Shown here in pieces: positions 1 through 8,344 of a stretch of DNA of 31,958 nt. How positions within the stretch are numbered: position 1 is the first letter of the stretch; each line of letters opens with the position of its first letter. Position numbers and translations under genes: made by a program. The DNA is from a virus. Taxonomy: Duplodnaviria; Caudoviricetes. The notes beneath the pieces were generated by a model that was not told the DNA's origin, did no database searches, and saw only the letters and a program-made list of their open reading frames with translations. Location of the stretch: the IMG/VR virus record IMGVR_UViG_3300044701_001735, positions 1-31,958 of that record; one strand, given 5' to 3'.

Positions 1-134
1 CATTGCCGGAGCCTATTGTATTCAGGGATGTTGCTAATAATATAGAGGATTCACTATACAAAGAATATATCTTTGAATGCGCCAATCTATTTGAAGTATA
101 TAAAAGCAAATACGAAGTAGTTAAGGGGAACTAG
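1..134 (+). CDS. 3' end of a hypothetical protein (5'-truncated by window edge)
   Basis: Frame open from position 3 (LPEPIVFRDVANNIEDSLYKEYIFECANLFEVYKSKYEVVKGN) to TAG at 132-134, 4 nt before the next GTG start. Confidence 0.6.
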   Translation, partial: LPEPIVFRDVANNIEDSLYKEYIFECANLFEVYKSKYEVVKGN

Positions 135-138
135 GAAA

Positions 139-1188
139 GTGAAGAAAGTAATGTTTCTTCCTGCTGATTTTGCAGGATGTGGTCAATTTAGGATTATTCA
201 ACCTGTAAGGGATATTCAGAAGATGGATACCAAGGACTTGCAGTTTGATCTCATTCACGACTTTGTTTCTAATAACCTTCCTGCATCTGAATTGTTTTCT
301 ATTCTTAGTAGTTATCATGCGGCGGTTTTCCAGCGTGTTTCATCACCCGGAATGCTTAGGATAATGAAAGAGTGCAAGAATATTGGAATGAAGATTTATC
401 TTGAGTTGGATGATGCGCTTTTTCACGTTAGTAAAACCAATCCAGCTTATAAGGTATGGGCACCAAATTCTGAGGCACAGAATGTTCTTAAAGAGGCACT
501 TAATATTGCTGATAAACTTTTGTTTTCAACGGAGGAATTAATTAGCGTATTTAATAAGCCAAATGTCGTGTTCCATAATGCCATCGACTTCGAAAATCCC
601 ATATACTCTGCTGAGAACAACAGGCGTGGCGAATTGCCGATGGATAAGAAGATTGTCGGTTGGGCAGGTTCATCTAGCCATATGGATTCATTGATGCAGA
701 TTCGTAAACCAATTAAGAAGCTTATTTCTCAGAGGGATGATGTGATCTTCGCGCTATGCTCCAACAAGGAATTCCTAGACTTATTCGATATTCCAGATGA
801 TAGGAAGATATACATTCCGCACGAACCATTTGATAAGTGGCCTCCTGTAATGTCGATGTTTGATGTTAATTTGGCTACTGTTGTTCCGGGATTGTTCAAT
901 AGTTGCAAATCAGAATTAAAGGTCTTAGAGGCAGGAGTTTGGGGCGTTCCTAGTGTATGTACTTACGAAGCACCTTACGCTAGGTTCAGGAAGAAGTCTG
1001 GTGGCGGTAATTTCATTGTATATGAGAACAACGTCAACGATTGGGTAAATAACATAAATAAACTATTAGACGACGAAATGTTATACATCGAAATGAGTAA
1101 AAAAACGCACAATACTGTACAAACCACATATAATTTACGAGAAGTAAACAAGAAACGTGTGGAATTTTTCAAATCGGAGTTGTTTTAA
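139..1188 (+). CDS. Glycosyltransferase, GT-B fold (GT4-like)
   Basis: 349 aa. N-terminal GCGQFRIIQP, FQR and ELDD motifs. C-terminal IVGWAGSSSH, FNSCKSELKVLEAGVWGVPSV (KS-x-x-K-x-x-E motif typical of phage GT4-like enzymes). Confidence 0.85.
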   Translation: MKKVMFLPADFAGCGQFRIIQPVRDIQKMDTKDLQFDLIHDFVSNNLPASELFSILSSYHAAVFQRVSSPGMLRIMKECKNIGMKIYLELDDALFHVSKTNPAYKVWAPNSEAQNVLKEALNIADKLLFSTEELISVFNKPNVVFHNAIDFENPIYSAENNRRGELPMDKKIVGWAGSSSHMDSLMQIRKPIKKLISQRDDVIFALCSNKEFLDLFDIPDDRKIYIPHEPFDKWPPVMSMFDVNLATVVPGLFNSCKSELKVLEAGVWGVPSVCTYEAPYARFRKKSGGGNFIVYENNVNDWVNNINKLLDDEMLYIEMSKKTHNTVQTTYNLREVNKKRVEFFKSELF

Positions 1189-1877
1189 TGGCTAAGTCCA
1201 ACGATGGGGGGAGCAATCCCCCCACCAACAAAAGAAAGCCTAAAAGCAAGGCTGGAAGAGAACTGAGTCTACCTCATCGAATTCAGAACATAGATGATGC
1301 AGTTCGCAAAAAGATCATTGAAGAGAAGAAGGATGAACTTGCTGTAACGGCAGAGAATATTGCGCGGGAAATGGCCGCGAGGATGGACTTGGAGATAACC
1401 GGCCCATTAACACAGTTACAGAACGAAGCAGCACTCTTATACGCTAATGGTCATAATATAGAGGAAGTATCTAATAAGTTAGGTATTATGAATGTTACTT
1501 TCGAGGGTTGGTTAAAGGTTCCCGCTTTTGCTAAGAAGATAAATGAGTACATTTATAGCGAAGGTTTGGTTGATAAGGCTGAGAGGGTAAGGGTTGCTAA
1601 AAGGCGATTAAAGAAGTTGAATGACGCCTTTTTTGAAAAGATTGACGATATTGACCAGTTAAGTGTTACCACCCTATCGAAGATGATCCTAGAGCATAAC
1701 AGGGAGTTATCAGAGTTGGTTGACACCAAGGTTGATAACACTAAGAAGGATATTTCAATTCTGATTGTAAATCACTATAAGAGTCAGGGTAAGCAGTATT
1801 CTGATATTGATGATTTATTAAATGATCCAGAATTCAACTTCCCTGTTATTGATGCGGAATTTACAGATGAACGATAA
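1188..1877 (+). CDS. terS: Terminase small subunit (HTH DNA-binding)
   Basis: 229 aa. HTH-like segment LTQLQNEAALLYANGHNIEEVSNKLGIMNVTFEGWLKVPAF. Lies directly upstream of, and overlaps, the large terminase. TAATG-coupled to the upstream gene. Confidence 0.7.
   Translation: MAKSNDGGSNPPTNKRKPKSKAGRELSLPHRIQNIDDAVRKKIIEEKKDELAVTAENIAREMAARMDLEITGPLTQLQNEAALLYANGHNIEEVSNKLGIMNVTFEGWLKVPAFAKKINEYIYSEGLVDKAERVRVAKRRLKKLNDAFFEKIDDIDQLSVTTLSKMILEHNRELSELVDTKVDNTKKDISILIVNHYKSQGKQYSDIDDLLNDPEFNFPVIDAEFTDER
1205..1224 (+). other. Perfect hairpin with GNRA tetraloop inside 5' end of terS
   Basis: TGGGGGGA-GCAA-TCCCCCCA. No U-tract on either strand. Confidence 0.6.
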
Positions 1878-4323
1878 TTTAGTAGAGAAGATATATAATA
1901 GGTTTCACAATGATGTTGCCGGTTTCTGCACTGCATTCACCAATATATTCTATGATGTAAGTGGTAATAAGCAGGAGATATATCCTCTACAGTTAGAGTT
2001 CATGAATCTTTCCAAACCAAGCGATCGCATTGTATCTGTAATCAAGTGCCGCCAATGTGTACCGGGGGATACATTGGTTTATACAGAAAATGGCCCAGAA
2101 CACATAGAAACACTATATACCAAAAACTATAGAGGAAATGTATTCTCATTTGACGGAAATTCAAGTGAACTTCTTCCGGTTGAAGATGTTTGGCAAACTG
2201 GATATAAGGAACTTTATAGTATCAGGTTAGCCAGTGGGGAAGAAGTGAAATGTACCGGCGACCATAAGATTTACGTTGAAGGCCAATGGAAAAGGGCCGA
2301 TGAAATAAAAATAGGAGACATATTAACAACATTTGAAGGTAACTTTGGGGCAGATGAGATTTTAGACGAAGAAGTTATCGCAATGGGCTACTTTATAACC
2401 GATGGCACATATACTAACGCTAGTCCAAAATTCACGAATAACAATATGAAATATATTAACGAATTTGCTAATTGCGTTAATAAATTATTCAATGTCCTAA
2501 CTAGGATTAAACCGAAGCAAAATGGATTCGACTGCTCTGTAGTTGGACATAAGGGTAGGAACGGAAGAAATAAGTCAGAGTATGCTCAATACCTAATTGA
2601 TTTAGGTATGAGGGATGTGAAGGGCAGGGAGAGGATTCTTCCAGATAAGTTTATGAATCTTAATAAGAGGCAAACCGCCCTACTGCTAAATAGAATATTC
2701 GCAGGGGATGGATGGTATGCGTCTTGCGGTACAAATAGAACGAATGAGGTTGGGATAGGCTCACCTTCATTGAAGTTCCTCTATCAGATTTCTTTTCTAT
2801 TAAGTAAATTTGGAATTCACTGTTATGTATCGAAACAGAAGGGGTACGTCAATGATTTCTATAAGTTAAAGTTTTCTAGTTTTGAATACATAGAAATATT
2901 TAAAAATGAGATAGACATTTACGATAAATACCCAAGAAGCGATATTAAGAAAATAAACAATTCTAAAAAAAGCAAATTTAGAGTTAAAAAAATAGAGAAA
3001 CTTGATGGACTGCATCAGACATACGATATGACTGTTGCTAAGAACCATAACTATTATGCTAACGGAATCTTGGTTCATAATAGTGGATTCACAACTTCCA
3101 TTAAGGCTAAGGCGCTTCATAACGCCTTCTTCGGTAAGGTTCCAAACTTTCTAATTGCTTCAGCTTCTCAGTTGCAGGCCACTAAAGTATTGCGTGAAAT
3201 CAAAGAAGCCATTTATTCAATGCCGGAGTTTATCAGGCCAGAATTTTCTAAAGAGACTGAAACAGAAATACATTTCACATCAGGTTCCAAGCTAGTATCA
3301 CTTCCCGCTAACCCTCAGACGGTTCGTGGGTTTTCTGGCTCTGTTGCGCTAGACGAATTCGGCGTACTAAATAGAAAAGACTCTGAAGAGTTATACGAAG
3401 CACTCCTTCCAACACTTGTTAAGGGATACAACATGGTTATTGTATCTACACCAAGAGGGAAGGATAATTTATTTCACGATTTATGCAATCCTAAGTTTGA
3501 TAACGATGGCAATATTGTTGGTGTTCGAGCAGATAAGATCATCAAGGTTCACTGGACAGAAGTCCCTCACGTTCGCAAAGCCGTAGAAGAAATGGACTTG
3601 CAGAATAAGATGAGTCGCAAATCGTTTCTTCAGGAGTTTTGTTGCGAGTTTGTTGAGGATGAAGATAGTTCCTTATTCGAACTTCAGTTAATTAACGATA
3701 AGTTTATTGATAGGACCATAGGTTTCGTTGACGCCTCTTTTATTGACATGATAGAAGGGGATTCAATATCTAGTGATGTAATTAATTATGATCTTAAGAA
3801 GGTTTATCAGTATATTTATGTTGGTTTCGATCCCGCGATTTCTGGTGACGGTTCCTGTGTGACTGTGTGGGGAGTGAAGAATGACGAATGGAAGCATCTA
3901 TTCCTTAAGATTCTTCCAAAGGGTATGGAGGTAGGTCCACAATGCGATTATGTGAGTAGGTTGGCGCAATTCTTCTGCGCCAATAAAATTGGAATTGATT
4001 CCACGGGCGGAATGGGGCTTGCTTTTTTGTCTAGAATGAAGGAAACTGTATGTGCGAACATCATGCTTCCGATCACGTTCAGTACGAATTTCAAAACTAA
4101 GGAGTATGCAGAAATTAAGAACAAGATGGAGTCTCATAGGATGAAGTCTCCTGAGAATCATGAAATGGCTAAACAGTTTACAAACTTAGGATACAATCCT
4201 GTAACTGGCAGAATTGCGGCACTTGGTTCTTGGAGAACCAATCACGATGATATACCGTCTGCCATACTTTGTGCCCATGCTTGTAGATCCAAGACGAACA
4301 ACAGCGGATTTTCTTTTATTTGA
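1867..4323 (+). CDS. terL: Terminase large subunit, intein-containing
   Basis: Spliced Walker A KCRQ|SGFTT, Walker B SVALDEFG, coupling motif VSTPRG, RNase H-like nuclease residues (GFDPA, GIDSTG, HDD). Start moved from 1822 to ATG 1867, which overlaps the terS end. 818-aa precursor, about 476 aa after splicing. Confidence 0.95.
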   Translation: MNDNLVEKIYNRFHNDVAGFCTAFTNIFYDVSGNKQEIYPLQLEFMNLSKPSDRIVSVIKCRQCVPGDTLVYTENGPEHIETLYTKNYRGNVFSFDGNSSELLPVEDVWQTGYKELYSIRLASGEEVKCTGDHKIYVEGQWKRADEIKIGDILTTFEGNFGADEILDEEVIAMGYFITDGTYTNASPKFTNNNMKYINEFANCVNKLFNVLTRIKPKQNGFDCSVVGHKGRNGRNKSEYAQYLIDLGMRDVKGRERILPDKFMNLNKRQTALLLNRIFAGDGWYASCGTNRTNEVGIGSPSLKFLYQISFLLSKFGIHCYVSKQKGYVNDFYKLKFSSFEYIEIFKNEIDIYDKYPRSDIKKINNSKKSKFRVKKIEKLDGLHQTYDMTVAKNHNYYANGILVHNSGFTTSIKAKALHNAFFGKVPNFLIASASQLQATKVLREIKEAIYSMPEFIRPEFSKETETEIHFTSGSKLVSLPANPQTVRGFSGSVALDEFGVLNRKDSEELYEALLPTLVKGYNMVIVSTPRGKDNLFHDLCNPKFDNDGNIVGVRADKIIKVHWTEVPHVRKAVEEMDLQNKMSRKSFLQEFCCEFVEDEDSSLFELQLINDKFIDRTIGFVDASFIDMIEGDSISSDVINYDLKKVYQYIYVGFDPAISGDGSCVTVWGVKNDEWKHLFLKILPKGMEVGPQCDYVSRLAQFFCANKIGIDSTGGMGLAFLSRMKETVCANIMLPITFSTNFKTKEYAEIKNKMESHRMKSPENHEMAKQFTNLGYNPVTGRIAALGSWRTNHDDIPSAILCAHACRSKTNNSGFSFI
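2056..3081 (+). mobile_element. Intein with LAGLIDADG homing endonuclease (342 aa)
   Basis: Block A CVPGDTLV, block B CTGDHKIY, LAGLIDADG helices MGYFITDG and LNRIFAGDG, block F/G TYDMTVAKNHNYYANGILVHN followed by +1 Ser. Confidence 0.95.
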
Positions 4324-4332
4324 GGATAAAAA

Positions 4333-5868
4333 ATGCAACAACACGACAATGAGGACATTAAGAAGCTTTTGGAGAAGGAACTGTCAAAGTTTCCTCAGAA
4401 TTCAGCTTCTAACAAGGAGAGGCAGACTATCTCATCAATAGATGATGTTCAGGTAGCCAAGTCTCCCGGCGTTAAGGATATTTACGACAGGAACTACTCT
4501 CTAAAGACTGGTGTGCCCTTATCTCACCCATTGGAGTTAATGACACTTATTGTTAATGAGAATTCGTGGGCCGATTTAGCTGTCAAGACTATCGCATCTT
4601 CTTGTGCATCATCAAGTCCTCTTTTCCAAGTGTTCAGCAGGGCAAGTGGTCGTAACAAATTGAAGGCTTCCAACAGCCGCAGGGAGAACCTGATCGACAA
4701 GTTGAACTATCCGAATCATCATCAAACTGGTTATGAATTCTTCTTGACCACTTTTGAAAACTTGGTTACATACGGAAATGCTTACTGGCAGATTGTTCGC
4801 ACCAAAAAGGGGGAAATTCACTCACTTTATACATTACCTCCTGAAACTATAAGAGTTATACCTTATGAAGATAAGTATGGAATTTTACATTGCGCTTATT
4901 ATCAACGCCATCTTTCTCGTCCTCGTGGTGGCGAAGTATATTTAGAACATGAGATTGTACACTTCAAGGATACTAACGAGCGTTCATTCCTATATGGTAA
5001 GCCGAGAATGTACCCTATTCTTGGACATATTACAGCTAATGCTCAGTCTCTTCAGGCTATTAATAATTGGTTTGAGGAAGGTTATGCTGGTGGCGCTATC
5101 TTCAAAATGGATGCGGATGAATTGGTTGCTCAGCGTAACAGAGAGTTCCTAAAGGATCACTATTCCGGCGCTAAGAACTACGGAAGGATTCTTTTACTAG
5201 AAGGCTCCACTGAACTTGTACAAGATGGTAATAAGTATATTGGTAATGTTAAGTTCAATGAAATGTCTTCTATTGGTAGGGATACTATTCTTTCTTGTTT
5301 AGGTGTGCCCGTTTCTATGGCTGGTGTACGTTCAGACGATGGTATGGGTAACGCAGAAATCGTTGCGAGTGAAGAGAAGGCGTTCAAACGGAACACCATT
5401 GACCGTTACCATAGGATTGTTTTCGGTAAGATTCAGCAGAAGCTTATCAGGGACTTGCTAGACGATAAGGAGTTGATGATTGAACCCGGAACACTCTCCA
5501 AGTTTGCACTTAAGGATTCTATTGAAGCGGTAAGGGCATTGGGCGAAATCGGAGTGACGATTGGAGAAGCACGCGAAATGCTTGGAATGCGTTCACTCGA
5601 AATAGATGAAATTAACAAGGCTATGGTTATTAGAACCAACAACGGTCTAGTTAGGTTCGAGGATATTATTGGTATTGACCCGAACACTGGTGAAGAAGTA
5701 ATGACACTACTGGATAAGTCGCTGGAAGCTAAAACCGATGACTTGATGGATGAACAAGGTGCTTCACCTAAGAAGAAAAATAAGACGATTGATCAGAAAG
5801 TGAGTGAATTGCATTCTGGATCTTCTGGTTTGGGCGGAACATTAAAGGATATGGTAGAAAACGGTTGA
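4333..5868 (+). CDS. Portal protein (HK97-like family)
   Basis: 511 aa directly after terL. Motifs LVTYGNAYWQIVR, LYTLPPETIRV, EIVHFK...LYGKP and LGVPVSMAG are typical of HK97-type portals. Confidence 0.9.
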   Translation: MQQHDNEDIKKLLEKELSKFPQNSASNKERQTISSIDDVQVAKSPGVKDIYDRNYSLKTGVPLSHPLELMTLIVNENSWADLAVKTIASSCASSSPLFQVFSRASGRNKLKASNSRRENLIDKLNYPNHHQTGYEFFLTTFENLVTYGNAYWQIVRTKKGEIHSLYTLPPETIRVIPYEDKYGILHCAYYQRHLSRPRGGEVYLEHEIVHFKDTNERSFLYGKPRMYPILGHITANAQSLQAINNWFEEGYAGGAIFKMDADELVAQRNREFLKDHYSGAKNYGRILLLEGSTELVQDGNKYIGNVKFNEMSSIGRDTILSCLGVPVSMAGVRSDDGMGNAEIVASEEKAFKRNTIDRYHRIVFGKIQQKLIRDLLDDKELMIEPGTLSKFALKDSIEAVRALGEIGVTIGEAREMLGMRSLEIDEINKAMVIRTNNGLVRFEDIIGIDPNTGEEVMTLLDKSLEAKTDDLMDEQGASPKKKNKTIDQKVSELHSGSSGLGGTLKDMVENG

Positions 5869-5900
5869 CAATATCTAGCAAGAGTGCCATAATTCAATTA
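5865..5900 (+). promoter_or_regulatory. Sigma70/SigA-type promoter, predicted +1 at ATG 5900
   Basis: TTGACA (5865-5870), 17-bp spacer containing extended -10 TG (5885-5886), CATAAT (5888-5893), 6 nt, then ATG. Confidence 0.75.
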
Positions 5901-6280
5901 TGGACTATCTTGAAGAATATAAACAAAAGATCAGCGAAGCAAACAAAGTTTGGCGGGAAGACATTATCACAGACAATCCCAGTCTGTTACGTGATCAGAT
6001 CCGCCGAACTTTTGCGTGCATACCGGATATGGCTACATTAGCCTCTAAAGCAGAACGAGACTATAGGCAGACTAAGATGGATATTGTTTTACAGTGTCCA
6101 TCTGATTTTAAGGGTGAGGGTCGCCGTTTATGGGTGGACGGTAAGACTTCTGGCATAAGATACCAGAGGGATGTTCTTGAATCACTTCATCGTGGCCTTA
6201 TTAATAAACTTAGCGCACAGAAAAGTATTCTTGCCTCTCTTGTTCAAGAAATGCGCGATATTGGACTTGATGAACACTAA
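5900..6280 (+). CDS. Helical/coiled-coil hypothetical protein, possibly UvsY-like recombination mediator
   Basis: 126 aa, predicted all-helical. Size and the RRLWVDG...RDVLESLHRGL...KSIL pattern recall UvsY-like proteins. The function is a weak inference. Confidence 0.4.
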   Translation: MDYLEEYKQKISEANKVWREDIITDNPSLLRDQIRRTFACIPDMATLASKAERDYRQTKMDIVLQCPSDFKGEGRRLWVDGKTSGIRYQRDVLESLHRGLINKLSAQKSILASLVQEMRDIGLDEH

Positions 6281-6294
6281 ATGTAGAAAGTCAT

Positions 6295-6906
6295 ATGCCC
6301 TCGCTACATACTATTATACTCTCTAATACTACAAATTTGTGTACAAGAAATGCTACACAGAAGTGCATTGATACGTTGTGGGAGTTTGGTGAAGCGACTA
6401 ATAATGAAGTTGTTGTAGTTGAGTCTCAGCCTTCTGATACCATTGGTGTTAAGTATAAGGGCGCGATTTCTATACACCCGAATGAGCAATTTAATCATAA
6501 TAGATTCCGCAATCTCGGCTATAACTACCTTAAGAGTAGGAATAGGGTGAAAGCGGATTACGTTCTTATGGCTAGTAATGAATTATTGTTTAATCGTTAT
6601 TGGTTTAACTCCCTTATTATTGCATTGAATAATGGATATGATTCTGTTAGCCCTATATGCACTAGGTGGGCACCACACAGGAAGTTTAGCAATACCGTAA
6701 ACGAAGGTTGGCGTATTGGTATAGAGTTCACTGACTGGTGTCTGCTTTTTAAATCAGAAAGTTTGAATAAACTTATGCCACTTAACGAACTACATGAAGG
6801 TTCTACGGCAGTGGAATCTATGGTGGAGGAAATGAAGAAATTGAATATGAAGCATGCCCTTATTACGAACTCTTGTGTGACTCGCAATGACTTGTTCCGT
6901 CTCTGA
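6295..6906 (+). CDS. GT-A (GT2-like) glycosyltransferase-like protein, atypical metal-binding motif
   Basis: 203 aa. TIILS...CIDTL...EVVVVES...FNHNRFRNLG...DYVLMASNE...VSP follows the GT2 layout, with SNE where (N/D)xD is expected. Confidence 0.6.
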   Translation: MPSLHTIILSNTTNLCTRNATQKCIDTLWEFGEATNNEVVVVESQPSDTIGVKYKGAISIHPNEQFNHNRFRNLGYNYLKSRNRVKADYVLMASNELLFNRYWFNSLIIALNNGYDSVSPICTRWAPHRKFSNTVNEGWRIGIEFTDWCLLFKSESLNKLMPLNELHEGSTAVESMVEEMKKLNMKHALITNSCVTRNDLFRL

Positions 6907-7387
6907 TAACTGCTTGAATAATGGGGCAAGATGCTTCAATTGTGTATTTGATGGCGATCGCAAGGGTCAGTATGGCGATAATTTATATCTTGCAATAGAT
7001 CGTACAATAAAACATCCAATTATGGAGAAAGTTAAGAAAGATAGCAAGGATGCTAAGATTGCTCAGAAGCGAGAGGCTAAAGAGCGCAAAAATAAGGAAA
7101 AGGTTTCTCTTCTAAAGGCTGCAAATAAGACAGAGGAGAGGGTGAAGTCTACACTTAATTCGGGCAGGATAAACAAGGATGCCGATTTAAAAACATCTGA
7201 ACTATCTATAGATGTTAAAATGCAGTCAACGAGGAAAGATCCTGTTATTAGTGTTGATGAGTTCGATAAGGTTAACAACGACTGCTTGAGGTCGAACAGA
7301 AGGTATGGTATTCTTTGTATTGTAAATAAGGATGGTAGGGCGTTTTACGTCATAGGGGAAGAGTTGTTTAAGGAGAAGTTTCTGTGA
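6887..7387 (+). CDS. PD-(D/E)XK nuclease, probable Holliday junction resolvase, with N-terminal Cys4 motif
   Basis: 166 aa. CSVSDNCLNNGARCFNC, then E..VK..LNSGR..KDAD.....LSIDVK catalytic-type pattern. Confidence 0.55.
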   Translation: MTCSVSDNCLNNGARCFNCVFDGDRKGQYGDNLYLAIDRTIKHPIMEKVKKDSKDAKIAQKREAKERKNKEKVSLLKAANKTEERVKSTLNSGRINKDADLKTSELSIDVKMQSTRKDPVISVDEFDKVNNDCLRSNRRYGILCIVNKDGRAFYVIGEELFKEKFL

Positions 7388-8343
7388 GTATTTTAGTCAC
7401 TGGCGCAGCAGGTTTCATTGGTAAAAACTTTGTACAGCAGTATAGCGGTGTTTGGCTTTCCGGCATGTATTATGTCGATAAGCTATCCGAGCAATCTGAT
7501 CTTGAGTTCTGGAACTCTCTTGATGATGATCGCAAGTTTCACATGGACATTAAAGATATTGATACTTTCATGCTGGAGAAGTTGAATATCAAGTATATCG
7601 TTAACTTTGCCGCAGAGTCACATGTAGATAGGTCTATCGAAGGACCTCTAGCTTTCACTCTTTCGAATGTTGTGTCTACTCATATGCTTCTTGAAGCTTG
7701 TAAACAGTATGGCAGGTTAATTAAGTTTGTTCAGGTTGGAACAGATGAAGTTTATGGAACTCTTGGGGAAGATGACTATCCATTCACTGAGTTATCCAAC
7801 ATAGCCCCCAATAGTCCTTATTCAGCGTCTAAAGCTGCTCAGGATCTTATTGCTAGGTCTTATTATGAAACGTATAAACTCCCTGTTGTGATTACAAGGT
7901 GTTCCAACAATTATGGAACGGGCCAAAACAAGGAGAAGTTGATTCCGAAGGTTATTGACTGCCTTGTTAATAATAAGGATATACCTGTATATGGTAATGG
8001 TTTAAATGTGCGCGATTGGATTCACGTTGATGACCATTGCTATGGGGTGTTTTTAGCGACTACGCTTGGTGTACCCGGACATGTTTATAATATCGGCGGT
8101 GATAACGAAGTCTGCAACATTGATGTTATCAACTCACTCTGTGATATTTATGAAGAATTAACCAGTGAAAATAGATCTGGTAATATAAAATTTGTGGAGG
8201 ATAGAAAGGGTCACGACTTGCGTTATGCTATTAACGCTTGGAAGGCTAAGGTTGATCTTGGATTTAAACCTGAGCGTAGTGGCGATTTCCATAAAACATT
8301 GGAGGAATTATTGGCAGAAGAATTAAATAAACGAAAGGTTTAA
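7384..8343 (+). CDS. rfbB: dTDP-glucose 4,6-dehydratase (extended SDR)
   Basis: GAAGFIG, NFAAESHVDRSI, TDEVYG, PYSASKA, RCSNNYG, VRDWIHVDDH and DRKGHDLRYA are the RmlB/RfbB signature motifs. Confidence 0.93.
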   Translation: MSILVTGAAGFIGKNFVQQYSGVWLSGMYYVDKLSEQSDLEFWNSLDDDRKFHMDIKDIDTFMLEKLNIKYIVNFAAESHVDRSIEGPLAFTLSNVVSTHMLLEACKQYGRLIKFVQVGTDEVYGTLGEDDYPFTELSNIAPNSPYSASKAAQDLIARSYYETYKLPVVITRCSNNYGTGQNKEKLIPKVIDCLVNNKDIPVYGNGLNVRDWIHVDDHCYGVFLATTLGVPGHVYNIGGDNEVCNIDVINSLCDIYEELTSENRSGNIKFVEDRKGHDLRYAINAWKAKVDLGFKPERSGDFHKTLEELLAEELNKRKV

Positions 8344-8344
8344 T

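Noticed and set aside
1822-1866. Longer terL start given by the ORF track
   Set aside because: It overlaps terS by 56 nt. ATG 1867 gives a more typical short overlap. Not proven.
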